Positions 1 to 15,700 of a DNA stretch of 64,000 bases are shown in pieces; within the stretch, counting starts at the first letter, position 1; each line of letters starts with the position of its first letter. The notes under the pieces were generated by a model. That model saw nothing but the letters and a program-made list of their open reading frames with translations, was not told the DNA's origin and searched no databases. The stretch lies in assembly GCF_009914755.1 (NCBI RefSeq), contig NC_060927.1. One strand, written 5' to 3'. A program made the position numbers and the translations under genes. Origin of the DNA: the human T2T-CHM13v2.0 reference genome, Homo sapiens.

Positions 1-331
1 AGATGGATCTAGCCTCTTCATTTCACATGCTATGTCAAATCATTTATTTATCTAATCTTTTAATTATGGGCAGTTATTTAATCCCCCATTTTTTCACAGT
101 TATCAGCAATGCAGCAATGGTTGTTCTTCAACTTCTCTTTCTGTGTATATATGCAAAAGATTCTCTGTGGTACTGTATTGACTGACATTCAGGGTACTTA
201 TCAGATTTTCTATGTCTAAATTAGCAGGCTCAAAAGACATTTTCTAGTATATGAAAATCAAGGATAGCTGAGATCAGCTAACTTTTTTGGTGAATATAGA
301 CTGAATTAAAGTGTCGAAGCCACTGTTTTTA

Positions 332-688
<357 letters not shown>

Positions 689-1239
689 AGGTGGCAGAAA
701 TGGTAAATTTAAATACTATGATCTATTTATTTAACTGAAATGTTGCCAAAAAATAGACTTTATTTTTGAAGGTGACAATTGAATCCTTTCTGATTGTAAA
801 ACACAGGCTTTTTCTATTAGAGGATTGATAGATTTGATCTATTAATTAGATCAAATCCTCTATTAGAGGATTGAATCTATTTGATAGATTCCATGTTAAT
901 TTTTCTGGTACTTCAATCAAATGCCATTTTATATGCTTTAACTTTGTTTTTATTTTCCTCTTGCACTCAAACCAGCTAATTCAAAGGATAGTGTTCATTT
1001 TATTCAAACTTAGCTATTTATAAACTCAGAATACAAGTATCCCCTTTTGCCCTAAGATATTTTCTGTCACTAATTAGGTTTTGCTTTGCAAGATTATATC
1101 ATTCAAAGTCCTTTTCCTGTTACTCAGGTAAACTGTCATTGGATAGACAGTTCAAAGTGTTACTTTGTAAACTAATTAATGCACGTGGTGCTACAAAATT
1201 CCAAGAATACAAGAAAGTCCACAATAAAAAGTAATTCTC

Positions 1240-1378
1240 CCTGGGCATGGTAGCAGGTGCCTAAAACCCAGCTACTCCAGAGACCAGAGACTGAGGTGGT
1301 GGGAGGATTGCTTGAGCCCAGAAGATTGCGACCAACCTGGGCAACAAAGCAAGATCCCGTCTCAATAAACAAACCAAC
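1240..1378 (+). mobile_element. Alu monomer (FLAM-like)
   Basis: CTGGGCATGGTAGCAGGTGCC...GGAGGATTGCTTGAGCCCAG...CCTGGGCAACAAAGCAAGATCCCGTCTC plus A-rich tail; single arm. Confidence 0.85.
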
Positions 1379-3539
1379 CTTGCTCCAGTTTCCCTCCTGG
1401 GAAGCAACCATTGTTATCAGATTCTTCAACCCTCTACTAGAGATACTGATTGCCTAGAATGGTCCTGTTTTATGACTGGAATACACTGGCTTCCTATAGA
1501 AGTGCAAATGTGAATCCAAGTTCATATATCCCCTTGCTGTTTTTCTGCCCAAATGGAATTCATTATCCAAACAGCCAAGTATACATATCTGTCAATATGA
1601 TACATTTTTAGAGTAAGTTTTCATATAAGCATCCAGATACAATTTGATTTTTCTTTTATTTATCTAAAATTTTGCTTGGGTTATGAAGTTTCTTGATTTA
1701 TTTTCTACAACTTTCCCTACTTTCCATTGTCCCAGCATTTTGTATTTAGCTCTTTAATTCATAATCATGGACTCTATCTTGAGTAAGCTCCTGGACCTCC
1801 TGATTATTTTAGTCTTATTTCAGGCTTATTTCTACACCTGGAAATAGTCTACAATGCTACTGGACAGGAATCAGGGTTTTTTACATGACTCCCAAAACAA
1901 AGTGGGACAGTAGTCACTTAATACTGAGTTATACAAGCAAAGCTGACAAGCATAGGCTTATAAAGAAACCATATAAAATTAGGCACCATTTCTGCCTTCC
2001 ACTAACTCATGTTTTTGCAATCACAAACTAAGCAAACTACCTGTGAGGAACTACAACACTTTTTATATTATGAAGCCAGAATATTGGAATGGTTTCCTAT
2101 ACAATTATTCTCTGGAAAGTACAACGAATAATTCCAGGAGATCTGAATCATAGGAACTTTTTAATATTTAAGAAGCCGAAATGTAGGCTAACAACCAAGT
2201 CTCATTCTAGGTTTTTGATATCAGAGTACCAGAAGAAAATATGTTTTCAGAATATCATTAAGTTCCTGCCTTTGTTTCTTTGTGCTTGCTTCTAGCCACA
2301 TCAGATTCTGATGGAAAGTGTATCCATTTTTTCTTTCTGTCATTAGAAAACAGAAATCTGAAAAGAAGTGACCAGGAATAAAATACATCTGGCTCTTCTT
2401 CTCAAAATTCAACTAAGTCACTAATTCCTAGGGAGCATTATTTTTTCATCATATGTTCATTAATTGGGTCATTACTTCAAACTCAAATATATGATTTTAA
2501 TTTTTCAAACTGCACAAGGATGGTAATCCTAAAACACTGAGCTAAAGCTTTCTTGTGTGCTTTTCATCACAGTGGCAGGTGCTTCTCTTTTTTTCACATT
2601 TGCTCCAACACACTTCATCCTTCAGAACACTCTGTGTCATTCACCACTTCCTGAGTCTGAGTGTGTGACTGCAAGTATTTGAGAACTTTATTTCTCACTT
2701 CCTTCAGACCAGTGAATGCCTAATTTTAAACAGACTATTTCTACCAGTTTCCCAGTTTAATCTCTGTTGCCATGATTAAGTAGTCCAAAACATTCTTCAA
2801 TGATGTCTAAGGCTTTGGAATTTAAAAGTAAATTGCTTCTGGGAAAAACAAATCAAACTTGCATTGCAGACCTAAAGAAAGTGCATTAAAACATATTACA
2901 CTGCACTTTCTTGGTGGAATAAATGGATAGTCACAGTAATGTTTCTTCTAGCAATGTCAGATTTGGAGACACTTCGATTATTTTGGCTTTCGATTGAGTT
3001 TCTCTCCAACACTCCACTCTCTATTTGATGTGTCTACATATTTCAATGTATCCAATGACAATTTATGCCATAAATTATTGGCTATATAGGGCCAAAAATT
3101 CAGAGTAGAAAGGTAAAGCAATATACTAGAGAGAGTGCATGGAGATGATATGGATTTGATTTGATTTCCCATTACTGATTTGCTGTGTGACATTGGGCAA
3201 CCTTAGCAGGCCTTCATTAATATCGCTGTTCATGTCTACCTATGATGGTGTCATGGCTGCCATATTACATTTGAGGTATCTTTTCTGGTGGAAGGTGGTA
3301 GGGTTAGTGGTAAGAAATATTCTAAAATCCTCCAGTGTTTCATAAGCACATTGCACATTCTATTTTAAAAAGTTTGAAAGGAATGCTTAGTAAAATGTGA
3401 TACTTGGAGGATTTCATTGTAATTTGTTGCTTAGTTCAGGAAAGTAAATACCTCACTTTTTCTAGCATTGAGGAGATAATGAATATTTACATTTTTAAAT
3501 TCACATTTAAAATTTGTGTTGCAGCTTAACTTTAAAAAT

Positions 3540-4460
3540 TACTTTTATTAAAGTTTAACATTGTGTATAGAGGGAAAAATCTGCATACTATAAATATACA
3601 GTAAGACACATTTTCACAAGCTGAACACAGTCCTATACCCCCCACCCAATGACCTCTTCATTTTCTTCCCCAGTCGTTACCCCTCCAACTACCATGGATA
3701 ACCACTATCTTGACTTTTAACAAAATAAATGGGTTTTATCTCTTTGGTACTTTATATAATTTGGAAAATTCTGTACTCTTTTATGCCTAACTTATTTCAC
3801 TCAGAAATATGTTTGTGAGATTCACCCATACTAATTCTGGTAGATGTAGATTATTCATTCTCATAGCTGTGTAGTATCACTTTGAGTGAATATATCACAG
3901 TCTGTTGAAAGACATTTAGGTCATTTCTAACATTCGTCCATTACTAACAATGCTACTATAAAACATTTTAAAATAGCATAGTGCAATAGAACTTCCTACA
4001 ATGACAGAAATATTCTTAATATGTACCACCAAATATGGTGGCTTTTAGCTGCATGTGGCTTTTGACCTCTGGAAATGTGTGGCTAGTGTGGCTGAGGAAA
4101 TAAACTTTTAATTTCAGCTAATTTTTATTAAGTAGTCATATATGGTTAGTGGCTACTATATTAGACAGTACAGTTCTAGCACATGTCTTTAGGTGAACAC
4201 ATGTGCTTATTTGAGAATAGTTATTTTACATGTAGGAATGAAATGAAACTGTTGGGAATTGTTATTTTATACCTAGGAATGAAATTGCTTGGTCATAAGG
4301 TATGCAAATATACCTCTAATAGATTTTACCAGAAAGTTTTCTACCAGAGGGGTTTAGTCATGCTTATCTTTATTCCCTTCAGCAACACATGAGAGTTCCA
4401 GTTTCTCCACATTCTTGATAATACTTGACATTTTCTATTTAAAAAGGAAATTTAGCCATT
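3540..4460 (-). mobile_element. Ancient L1 (L1MD/ME-like) 3' fragment, interrupted by MER3
   Basis: Antisense L1M 3' motifs: GATAACCACTATCTTGACTT, TTTGTGAGATTCACCCAT, CAGCAACACATGAGAGTTCCAGTT. Confidence 0.7.
3975..4173. mobile_element. MER3/MER33-like hAT-Charlie MITE
   Basis: CAATAGAACTTCCTACAATGA...AAATGTGTGGCTAGTGTGGCTGAGGAA...GGTTAGTGGCTACTATATTAGACAG. Confidence 0.8.
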
Positions 4461-4527
4461 AATGGCTTTACTTTTTAGGTGCCTCCATAATCTCCCCACA
4501 TCCATTCTTGGTTACATTTAAACTAGT

Positions 4528-4900
4528 TGCTATGGTCTTAATGTTTATGTCCCCCCACCCCCACCCCACCCCACGCCAAATTCATGTGTTGAAATCCTAA
4601 CCTCCAAGGTAATGGTATTAAGATGCAGTGCCTTTGGAAGGTGAATTGGACATGAGGGTGGAGCATGCATGAATGGGATTAATGTCCTTATGAAAGAGTT
4701 CTGAGGGAGCTTATTTGCCTTTCCCCCATGTGATGACCCTGTGAGATGGTGCCATCTGTGAGAAAGTGGGCCTCATCAGACACTGAATCTGCTACTGCCT
4801 CCATCTTGGACTTCCTAGCCTCAATAACCACAATAAATAAATTTCTGTTGTTTATAAGCCACCCAGCTTATTGTTATAGCAGCCAAAATGGACTAAGACA
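4528..4900 (+). mobile_element. MLT1A-type MaLR solo LTR
   Basis: TGCTATGGT start, AATAAATTTCTGTTGTTTATAAGCCACCCAG, GACTAAGACA end; imperfect 5-bp TSD CTAGT/ATAGT. Confidence 0.88.
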
Positions 4901-5465
4901 ATAGTCTTCACAAAAGAGTCACATCTTTTAAAAAATACAAATCAGATCACAACTCCTTTGTGTAAATCTGTTCTCAACTTCCCATTGTTTTTCCTATAAA
5001 ATCCAGATCCTAATCAAGGTGAGTTATGTTCACCAATTTTTTCTTTATTATAACCACTTCACAGCAATTGCAGCATTAGAAATTTTATCTCTGATGGAAG
5101 TTAATATCAACACATCTACTGATGGTGAGGGTTATATGTGTACAAACTTGGAAATTAGTTTCCAGTTGTAAACCTATATAACAAATTCCAATGAAATCTA
5201 GCTCAGAAACCATACAAGAAAAAAGCACACTAATTTAAAAAAGGTAATGCTTTATTTGTTTTCATAAATATAGCTACTGATTGCTAGTGAACCAAGAAAC
5301 TAAAAATTTACATCAAATAATGTATGATTATTTTTATACAGAGCATTTTTTTATCATCACTTGGGTTTTTCTGAAATTCAATTATTAATCTTTTATTCAA
5401 TTGGAAGATAGTAAATGAGGACATTATTCATTGCCCCAAAGTCTTCAAACTGTTCTTAAAATTAG

Positions 5466-5779
<314 letters not shown>

Positions 5780-5824
5780 AGTTATTCATTTTTTATGTGT
5801 TGTACATGAGAGATACTAACTGGT

Positions 5825-6189
5825 TAATATTGTTCAGCTGTTTCCCCACCCAAATCTCATCTTGAATTTTAGCTCCCCTAATCCCCATGTGTTGTGGGAG
5901 GGACCTGGTGAGAGGTAATTGAATTATGGGGGTGGGTTTTCCCATGCTATTCTTGTGATAGTGAATAAGTCTCACTAGATCTGATGGTTTTATAATGGGG
6001 AGTTCCCCTGCACGGGCTCTCTTGCCTGCCGCCATGTAAGACATGACTTTGCTTCTCCTTTGCCATCTGCCATGCTTGTGAGAGACTTCCCCAGCCATGT
6101 GGAACTGTGAGTCAATTAAACCTCTTTCCTTTATAAATTACCCAGTCTTGGGTATGTCTTTATTAGCAGTGTGAGAACAGACTAATACA
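5825..6189 (+). mobile_element. THE1 (THE1B/C-like) MaLR solo LTR
   Basis: CCCCACCCAAATCTCATCTTGAATT ... ATTAAACCTCTTTCCTTTATAAATTACCCAGTC ... GACTAATACA; perfect 5-bp TSD CTGGT at 5820-5824 and 6190-6194. Confidence 0.95.
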
Positions 6190-6949
6190 CTGGTTAAGAA
6201 ATTGCTTCCCCAAAATTCAAATCCCAGCTCTGCCACTCATTTGCAAGACCTAGGTCATTTACTTAGCTATTCTAAGATTAGGCACTAATGTTAACTAATT
6301 ATTAATGATATTAATAATCAAATCTATTTCAAGGAATTCTGAGAATAAATAAGAAAGTGTTTAGAAAGCACTACGTCTTCTACATGTAGTAAACATCCAG
6401 TGTTTCTTTTTATGTTATTTTGCATTTTCTTATTCTTATACTTGTCATGATAATAAATGATTCCTTTGAAAGCTTTTGAAAGATAAATGCTCTTTTTCCA
6501 TTTTGGTATGAGTCGATAGGGTCATTAAGTCTCCAAGTGGCTTGTCAGTGTTATATACTGATGGCATGTATATCAATGATTAGATGGCTATGAAAATGAA
6601 TTTTAGTTTTAGTTATTACTATAGATATTTTAATTTGCATTAATAACATTACTTAAAATGCTGCTTGCAACTTATGCCTTTATAAGCTGTGAGTCTCCTA
6701 TAGCAATTGTTCACTATAAAATCTCATGCTTCCTCCCATGCAGACTTTACACACTGTATTTTTTATCAGAAATATCCTTTTTTATGTATTTCTACAAGAT
6801 GAAATTCAGTATATCCTTCAGTGCCACATTAATTATGCCTCTTCCATGAAGACTTCTCTTCTTATCGCCATCTATTAGGATCTCTCCCTAATTTAACGTA
6901 TAACTCTTGTGTTATTTTTACCTTTTGACTGTATATTCTGGTTAGCTAC

Positions 6950-7167
6950 TGTATTAGTCTTCTATTGGTGTAACAAACTACCACAAACTGGGTGGCTTAA
7001 AACAACATAATCTTAATATCTGACAATTCCTTAGGTTAAAAGCCTGAAATGGCTCTCACAGGGCTGTCACCAGGGCTGCATTCTTTTCTGGATGCTCCAG
7101 GAGATAATCTAATTACTTAACTTTTTCAGTTTCTTGAAATCACCTACATTTCTTAGATCATAGCCCT
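6950..7167 (-). mobile_element. MLT1 (C/D-like) LTR fragment
   Basis: TGTATTAGT...GTAACAAACTACCACAAACTGGGTGGCTTAAAACAAC is the antisense MLT1 3' end. Confidence 0.75.
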
Positions 7168-8480
7168 GGATCAATATTTCTCCTTGGATCACCTCCATGT
7201 TGCCCATTTTGGTGGCTTACTTATATTTTAATGCTTATTTGAGTGTGCAATCCTTTCACTTTTCTAAAATTTATTTTTCTCTACTATACAATAGAAATAG
7301 TCACAAGAATTAGAAGTTAGTGGGGAAAAATTGTAAATGATAAAATGATGACAAGACACATTTCTAGAGTACCAAGATGGGTCACACACACACATCTTTA
7401 CCAAGTTGTTTGGTTGTACAAGCCTTGAAAGAGGGGCAAAGGGGGAACTGAGTGATTTAAGAATCACAGAATTTGGAATTAGAATAGACCTCCAGTATAG
7501 CTACCTACATTCCAGCAAGTTAACTATTGTGTTTATTTATGAGAGGTTAAGTGCCTGATCTGAGATGATACCTCTGCTATATGGTCATGGGGGCTAGAAC
7601 CTAGCTATCCTTTTTGAATTGCTAAAGAACCCTCCATACAGTAACAGATTTCAGAAGCCCCTGTACTTCCCCTAGAAGACACTTATGGATGCATTCTAAT
7701 TTGAGCTGCCATCAGTTAGGTTTAGCAGAAATAATTTTCAGCAAAGACAACAAATAGGTTAATGAAATTTTTGAATGCAATGGTTCTTTCAGGGCCATAT
7801 GAATGTGAGGATGGTGATCCCTGTGTCAATGGTCAATCGCTTTCTTGTGAAAATTATCGCCTTGTTTTCCCTCATATCTATATTACTTTGAAGAAATATC
7901 CTGGCATTATAAAAGTTTTTGATCTCCAGGATTTTTTCATTTTATCTAATCTTTCTCCTTTGTTTCACAAAGAAGATTAACCAGTTATTCATATCTCCTG
8001 ACTCGTTTGTTGCTAACTGAACCAGGGCTGAAACTCTGAATTCTGACTTACAATCAGAGACTGTCCCTCAATTCCATGTTGTGTTACCTCTATTAGAGTA
8101 ACCTGAGTAAGCTTCTTAGAACCAGAAACACAGGTAATACATTATTTAAATATCACACTGCCTCTTGCATGTAGCAGGAACAAGTAAGTTACCTAAGAAA
8201 AACAATGAATGAATCCAAACAGCCTATTGACAAGGTAATCCATAGAACTGAGAGTCAGCAAGATGGCAGGCTACATAAAACAGACCAAAAAGATGATAGA
8301 AATGAAATAATAAGATTGTGTCTCTGTTAAATTTGTGGATCACAGTAAATGCTTCACTAATGGTAACCTCATAGCATCCAGACACAGTGAGTCATTTCTC
8401 TGGTTCCCCCTTGTTTTTACCCTTGATTTCTCAAGAGTAGCTCAGTTCATATATTTTTGCTTCAGTAAGACCATTGACTT

Positions 8481-8547
8481 TGTGTGTGTGTATATGTTTG
8501 TGTGTGTGTATGTGTGTGTGTGTGAGAGAGAGAGAGAGACAGAGAGA
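8481..8547. repeat. Compound (TG)n(AG)n microsatellite
   Basis: Direct reading. Confidence 0.95.
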
Positions 8548-9414
8548 ATGGAGGAACAGCATAGCACAGAACTGTTCAGCTACCAACCTAAATCTATTAG
8601 CCGTGCTGTCCTGGAAATCACTTTTCAGCCACACAAAATTTCACTGGCCCTATATCCCAAGGAGCCCTGAGTTGCCACTATACCGTAGACTCCTCTCTCC
8701 GTCTGGTGGCTCTTTCCTTCCCCTTTTTTAGATATATACCTTCAACTTGAACCTTTTTGTTAGTATTATATTATTCTTTATTTTGTTTTAACATAAAGGG
8801 GCCACTGGACAATATTTGTTCAGATCACTTATGTGTACTGCTCAGTTGATATGCACATTTACTCTTCTGAAACTGTTTAGCATTAAGTAACTTAGAACAT
8901 AAAAAACAATGCAACAAGCATATTATCTTCTATTTTTTCCCAAATCCTTTGTGATGTAAGAGGACAGAACACATATATACATATCTTTTCTACAAATGGA
9001 TTATCAACATTGTTCTCAACATTACCTAGTTCCTTAAATAAGAAATATATATTTTAAAATTTGTATGGCATTCAAAGAGTTACAATTATGAATTTCACAT
9101 TTCTCTAGATGGGTATTAAACAATCTTTGGCAGATCACAGACTAAGAAAGGTAACAGATGTTGGATTGGAAACTGTACAGTCTAGAGATGGAAAATTAAT
9201 TTGTAAAAAAGTAGTGATTTTTTTTTCCACTGTGTGTGTTTTAAATGGCCTTAGCAAAGCAGAATGGAAATATTTGCATTCCTGGCAATCAATTTGCATA
9301 CTTAAGCATTTGTTTTTGTTCCCATTCTAAAGATAACTGTGTGTTCAGTAATAACCCATATAGTAGAAAGAAGGGTGAAGAAATGTGTGTCTTTGGCATC
9401 CAGCCTGCTGTTAG

Positions 9415-10044
<630 letters not shown>

Positions 10045-12763
10045 TAAAAAACTGTTTTACCCAACCATTGAGCATATACTTTTTAAAATATTTATATTCT
10101 GCCTAGAGTTGATGCTGATGAAACCTTGAGTCTGACAAAGATTTTATAAAAATTCCTATCACATTCCCTATTTCAATGTCAGGCAATAAGTCAGAATGCA
10201 GGTATGACAATGTTTTTCAATGGTCTTACAGCAGACTAGAAAGCACCATCAAGAGGAGAATGCCTCTGCTAAGAGGAATTATCTATTTACACTGCATTGC
10301 AGTCCCATTTCTCATGCATAGATCTGTAGCATATTTGGCTAAAACTTGCAGAATTATTATGTCGCTTCCTGTCCCTCTATCCCTACTCACTACTTTGTTC
10401 AAGGGAATTAATAAAAAAAAAAATTGCCTTATTTTGGAGCTGTTTGCGAAAGTCTTGTTATTTCAGTTAAAGAGAACACTATTTTGTTAGCAAGCCATTC
10501 TGTTTCTTTGGGCTACATTTCTATATACTTATCAGCTAATTATATAGTGCAGATATTTTTAGTGGGAGGTAGTCTTTTTTTTTTGTCCACTTGTGACTTC
10601 TGCCTTGAGACATTTTTGATAAAATTGTGCTGGGGTCAAGTTGAAAAGGAATGTTTTCCTACATTAAAAATTTTAATTTTAAAGCAATTTGACTAAACAT
10701 ATCGGTGATCATAAAAATAAAGTCAAGGTTTAATTCAAAACAGAACATTTTAGTTTGTGTATAGAAAAACTTTATTTTGGAGCAGATATCAAGGAGACAA
10801 CCAACAGAATACCGTCTTCAACTCTTCGTTTGTTCACAAATAAACTCAATAGATTAAAACTTATGGTAGTGAAGTTGCAGGGCAGGCTGTTACCAGCACG
10901 GTAAAACAAAAGAAAGAAATCTCAAAATACGTGCCCTTTTGATTGTGGTTATGCATAAAGCTTTGACAGAGTAAAATACATAGAATGGGTGTGTATGTAA
11001 TATAGAGATACAGGCCTGGAAAGCTGCCTAGAGACTTTCCGTTGATGATAATTTTAGTACTTAACTAAAAACCATGGTTTTTTGACTCTTTCATTTTTAT
11101 TTCTGTAAATTTAACTTCTACTCAGACAGTAGAAGTTTTATTCTCTTTTATTTTATTCTGGTGAATGCATCAAATACAAAAGCAAGTTGTTTAGCTCACA
11201 AATTGCAATTCAGATCCTTTGCCCCTTGTGCATTCATTTCCAGTGATGTTTTTAACACCATTTGATCTTAAACACCCAACAGAAAATAGAAGCACAGGGT
11301 GCTACACTGTTACCTCAATGAGTGTGGACAAGTAAGAATTAAAGTGACCTTAGATTCCAGATTTCTGTGTCCTTCCTTAAAGAAGGGATATACAGAGGTG
11401 CTAAGTTGATTTATACTAAGTTAAAGCCATTTCAGTAATGCAATGACCTTGTACCAATAAATGTTTAAGTATCTAGTTCTTCAGGGATCTGAGAAATAAA
11501 TATCATATTTAAAATAACAGATCTTCTTTGAGAACTTTTGACTGCCTGAAACTTTACTCAGGGTGGATTTTAAACAACTTTCATATACATAGGAATGAAA
11601 GTATGGCTACTATATGCTTTTTACTTTAACTCTTATTACAGGTTGAATAGTGCCAAAGATGAATGAGTATATTTGTTTGCTCATAATATGCCAATCGAAT
11701 TCTCCTTTTGAGGACTGAGTAGAAGTTAAGAGTGTGAGTTACAGCCCTGCTTTTCTTTTTAAAGTTACCTTGGTCATTGTCCCACATGGTGGGGCCCATT
11801 TACCTCTCAGTGTTCTTGGCTACAAAATAAAAATGAAGGAAAAAATAATGTGTGAAGCATTTTTGAGCTCTAAAAATTCTGAATTTATGTCTCAAAAATA
11901 ATACTAAATGACCCATAATTCAAGATAAATGTACACAGTAAGAATTTTTAATATAAGGAAATGTAAAACCCAAGAAAAGGAGAATAAAATAATTATATGA
12001 AAACTCAACCATATAGTTACTGTAATTAATTATTATAAATCACTCGATACTTGCTGACATGGAAGTTAAAACAAATATTTCAAAATTCATCAAATACTTT
12101 TACCAAAGAAAAGCAGAAATGTTTGGCAAATCTGTTATAGGAGTTTTCTTCATAATTTTATGTAAGGACCTGGTTTACCAAAAGCTGTTAGATTGATTTT
12201 TCCTCTTGTTTTTCTAAGATTTTAAGTTCTATAGGATTTGTTAATAGTGTTAACACATTTTTTATTCACCCTCAATTTCTGAGGGTAGACATTTACCTTA
12301 AATAAAAAAAAATAACATGGGAGAATTGATATAATAAGATACAGTTTTTATATAAGATAAAGGTTATCTCAAATCAGCTTTGGTGTGTGATCATCATAAG
12401 CTTAGTAGGGCTTAAATGACTTGTTCCATTGTAGTACTGTCCTCTTTTCCTTTATTTCTCTCTACACTATTCCTTTGTGTTTTAAAAAATTATTGAACCT
12501 GCTGTAAAATAGAAATAGTAACAAAATATACATCACAAGATGTTTGTAAAGATTTAATGAGATAATGCACATAATGTATTTAATACTTTTACTAGACAAA
12601 TGTTCTTAAAAATGCAATCAGTACATTTATACTGAAAGAAAGACACATACAAAGAGAGAGGTGGAAGGAGAAAGGACTTGTGGTCCCTTTTTGTTTGATG
12701 GAAACTCTTTCTCTTATACCAAACTGATGTCTAGGCAATAAATCTATAAAGCACTAATAATTA

Positions 12764-15700
12764 GAGCAAGATGCTGGAACAGAAACATACTACCATAATA
12801 TCCCACAAAAGCACTGATTTTGATAAGTACCAATGGATGAGAGTACCTTTGTGGGAGCCTGGGCATCTAGCAGAAAAGTCCCAGTACACTGTTGGAGCAA
12901 AAGGTATCCAAGGATAGACGTATTGAAGGGAATAAGAACGGTTTCACTTTACCCATGTCACCCCTTTACCGGGCATAGCTCAGTGACAAGAGAGGCTCCC
13001 TCAGCCTGCAATTTTTCCCATACGTAAAAACAAGCAAGTAGTTAGTAAGTGTCCAGTTCCCCTAGCTGTATGGGATGCTGCCCAAGACATCCACTTCTTT
13101 CTAACCCCACCCAGGATACTGAGGTAATTAGCATGACTGAGTGGTTGGAAGAAACTGGGAACAGGAAACGGAGGCTATAGACCCTACTAACCACTCTACA
13201 GACTCCCTGAGGAAGTCCACCCATGAACTACTTAGGAGGCCTTGCCTGTGGATCCTCCTCAACTAGCTCATGGGCACCACAAGTGTGCCATGCACCTCAA
13301 GCCCCCTCCAAGCCAGCTCCCTTAATATACCACTATGGACAGCAAGAGCAAGTGTCTCACTCAGACACCAAGCATGACTCTGCAAGATTGAGAGAAGGCA
13401 TATGAACTTGAGCATTTCTGGGCACGGCCACAGAGAACACAAATGGGAGGTTCTCAGAACCTGTCCTGGCTTTGTGGGATCGAGAGACAGCATACAGTCT
13501 TAAGAATTCCTCCCTAAGAGGGAACAAGTGGCATGGAGCAGATGTATCCATGGAAAATGTCTAAGAGTACTAGCTGAATCTAAGAGAGCTCAGAATCTCT
13601 GGCTGGGTTGATTGGTGAAGGATTAAAACTGAAGGAGATAACTGCTTCTTCAAATGAGAATACAGTAATGTAAGACTTCAAAGAACATTAAATAATCAAG
13701 AAATATGATACCATCAAAGGAGTACAATAATATTCCAATAATGAGCCTATCAAAAAAATTAAGATCTATAAATTGCCTGGCAAATTGCCTTCAAAAGAAT
13801 TGTTTTAAGGGAACAATTCATTAAGTGAATTGAATGTGCTACAAGAAAACACAGAAAAGCAACTAAATGATATCAGAAAAAAATACACGAGCAAAATAAA
13901 AAGTTCAATAAAGATTTAGAAATTATGAGCGAAACCAACAGAAATTCTGGAGCTGAAGAATGCATGAATAAAATGAAAATTGCAATAGAGTGTCATCAGC
14001 TGCCTTCATCAAACAGAAATGATCTGTGAACTTGAAGATATATCATTTGAAAATATTCCATCAGAGATAAAAAAGAAAAAAACAGTGAAAACAAATGAAC
14101 AAAACCTACAACATTTATGGAACAATATCAAGAAAGCAAACGGTCACTGTATGGGAGCTCCAGAAGAAGAGACAGAAAAGGAACAGAATTCTTATTTAAA
14201 GAAATAATGGCTGAAATATTTCCAAATCTGGCGAGAGATGTGAACATCCAGGTATATGAAGATCAAAAGCCTCCAAACGGACTTCCCCAAAGAAGACTCA
14301 CTACGACACATTAAAATCAAATTGTCAAAAATCAAAGACAAAGAGAATTTTGAAAGCGCCAAGAAAAAAAACATGCTTATCACATATAAGAGAACCTGCA
14401 TTAGACTATCAGACAAGAAATAGGTTTTTGTCAGCAAAAACCTTGCAGGCCAGCACAGGGTAGAATGATGTAGTCAAAGTGCTGGAAAAAAATTACAAAA
14501 CAAAAATAGATTACCTGGCAAAGCTGTCCTTCAGAAATCGAGAGATAAAGACTTTCCCAGACAAGAATAAATAAATAAATAAAAGTTGAGGAAGTTCACC
14601 ACCATTATACTTGCCTTACAAGAAATGGTAAAGGGAGTTCTGCAAGCTGAAAGCATGTTAATTAGTAACATGAAAACAAACAAAAGTATAAAACTCACCA
14701 GTAAAAGTAAATATATAAGCAAATTCATAATACTCTAATATTGTAATGGTAGTGTGTTAATTACTTATGACTCTAGTATAAAGGTTAAAGAACAAAAGTA
14801 TTTAAAATAACTATAGCTATAATAACCTGTTAATAGATGAACAATATAAAATGATGTAAGTCGTAACAATAAAAACTTAAAATGGGGTGGGCAGCAGTGT
14901 AAAATTTGTGTATGCAATTGTAACAATAAAAACTTAGAATTGGGTGGGCAGCAGTGTAAAATTTGTGTGTGCGATTAAAGTAATACACGTAAAATAGATT
15001 GTTATAACTAAAGGATGTACTATGTAAGCCTAAAGGTAATCATGAAGCAAACTCTTATAGTAGATACACAAAAAATAAAGAGAAATAAATCAAAGCGTAC
15101 CACTATAGAAAAGCATCAGTTCACAAAGGAAGATAGCAAGAAAGAAGAAAGAATCAAAGGATCTACAAAACGGACAGAAAACAATTGACAAAAGGGCAAT
15201 AGTAAGTCTTTACCTATTCATAATTTGTTTAAAGGTAACTGAATTAAAATTTCCAATCAAAATATACACAGAGTGGCCAAATGGATTAAAACAAGATGCA
15301 ACTAAATACTACTGTCCAAAAACTCACTTCAGCTTTAAGGAAATTCGTAGACTGAAAGTACAGGGGTGGAAAAAGATAGTCCATGCAAGCTGAAACCAAA
15401 AAGAGCAGGAGTAGTTATATTTCTATCAGACAAAATGGACTTTTAAGTAAAAACTGGAAAAAAGAAACAATAAAGGTCACTGTATAATGGTAAAGTAGTC
15501 AATTCATCAAGAGGACATAACAATTGTAAATTTATATGCACCCACTATTAAAGCACCTAAATGTATTAAGCAAATATTAACAGAGCTAAATGCAGAAATA
15601 GAGAGCAATGCAATAATAGTAGGGAACTTCAATACCCAACTCTCAATAACGAATAGATCGTCCAGACGGAAATCAATAAGAAAACATTGGACTTTAACTA

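Noticed and set aside
14019-14314. ORFs with L1 ORF1 similarity
   Set aside because: Frameshifted remnants of a dead L1M, not a gene
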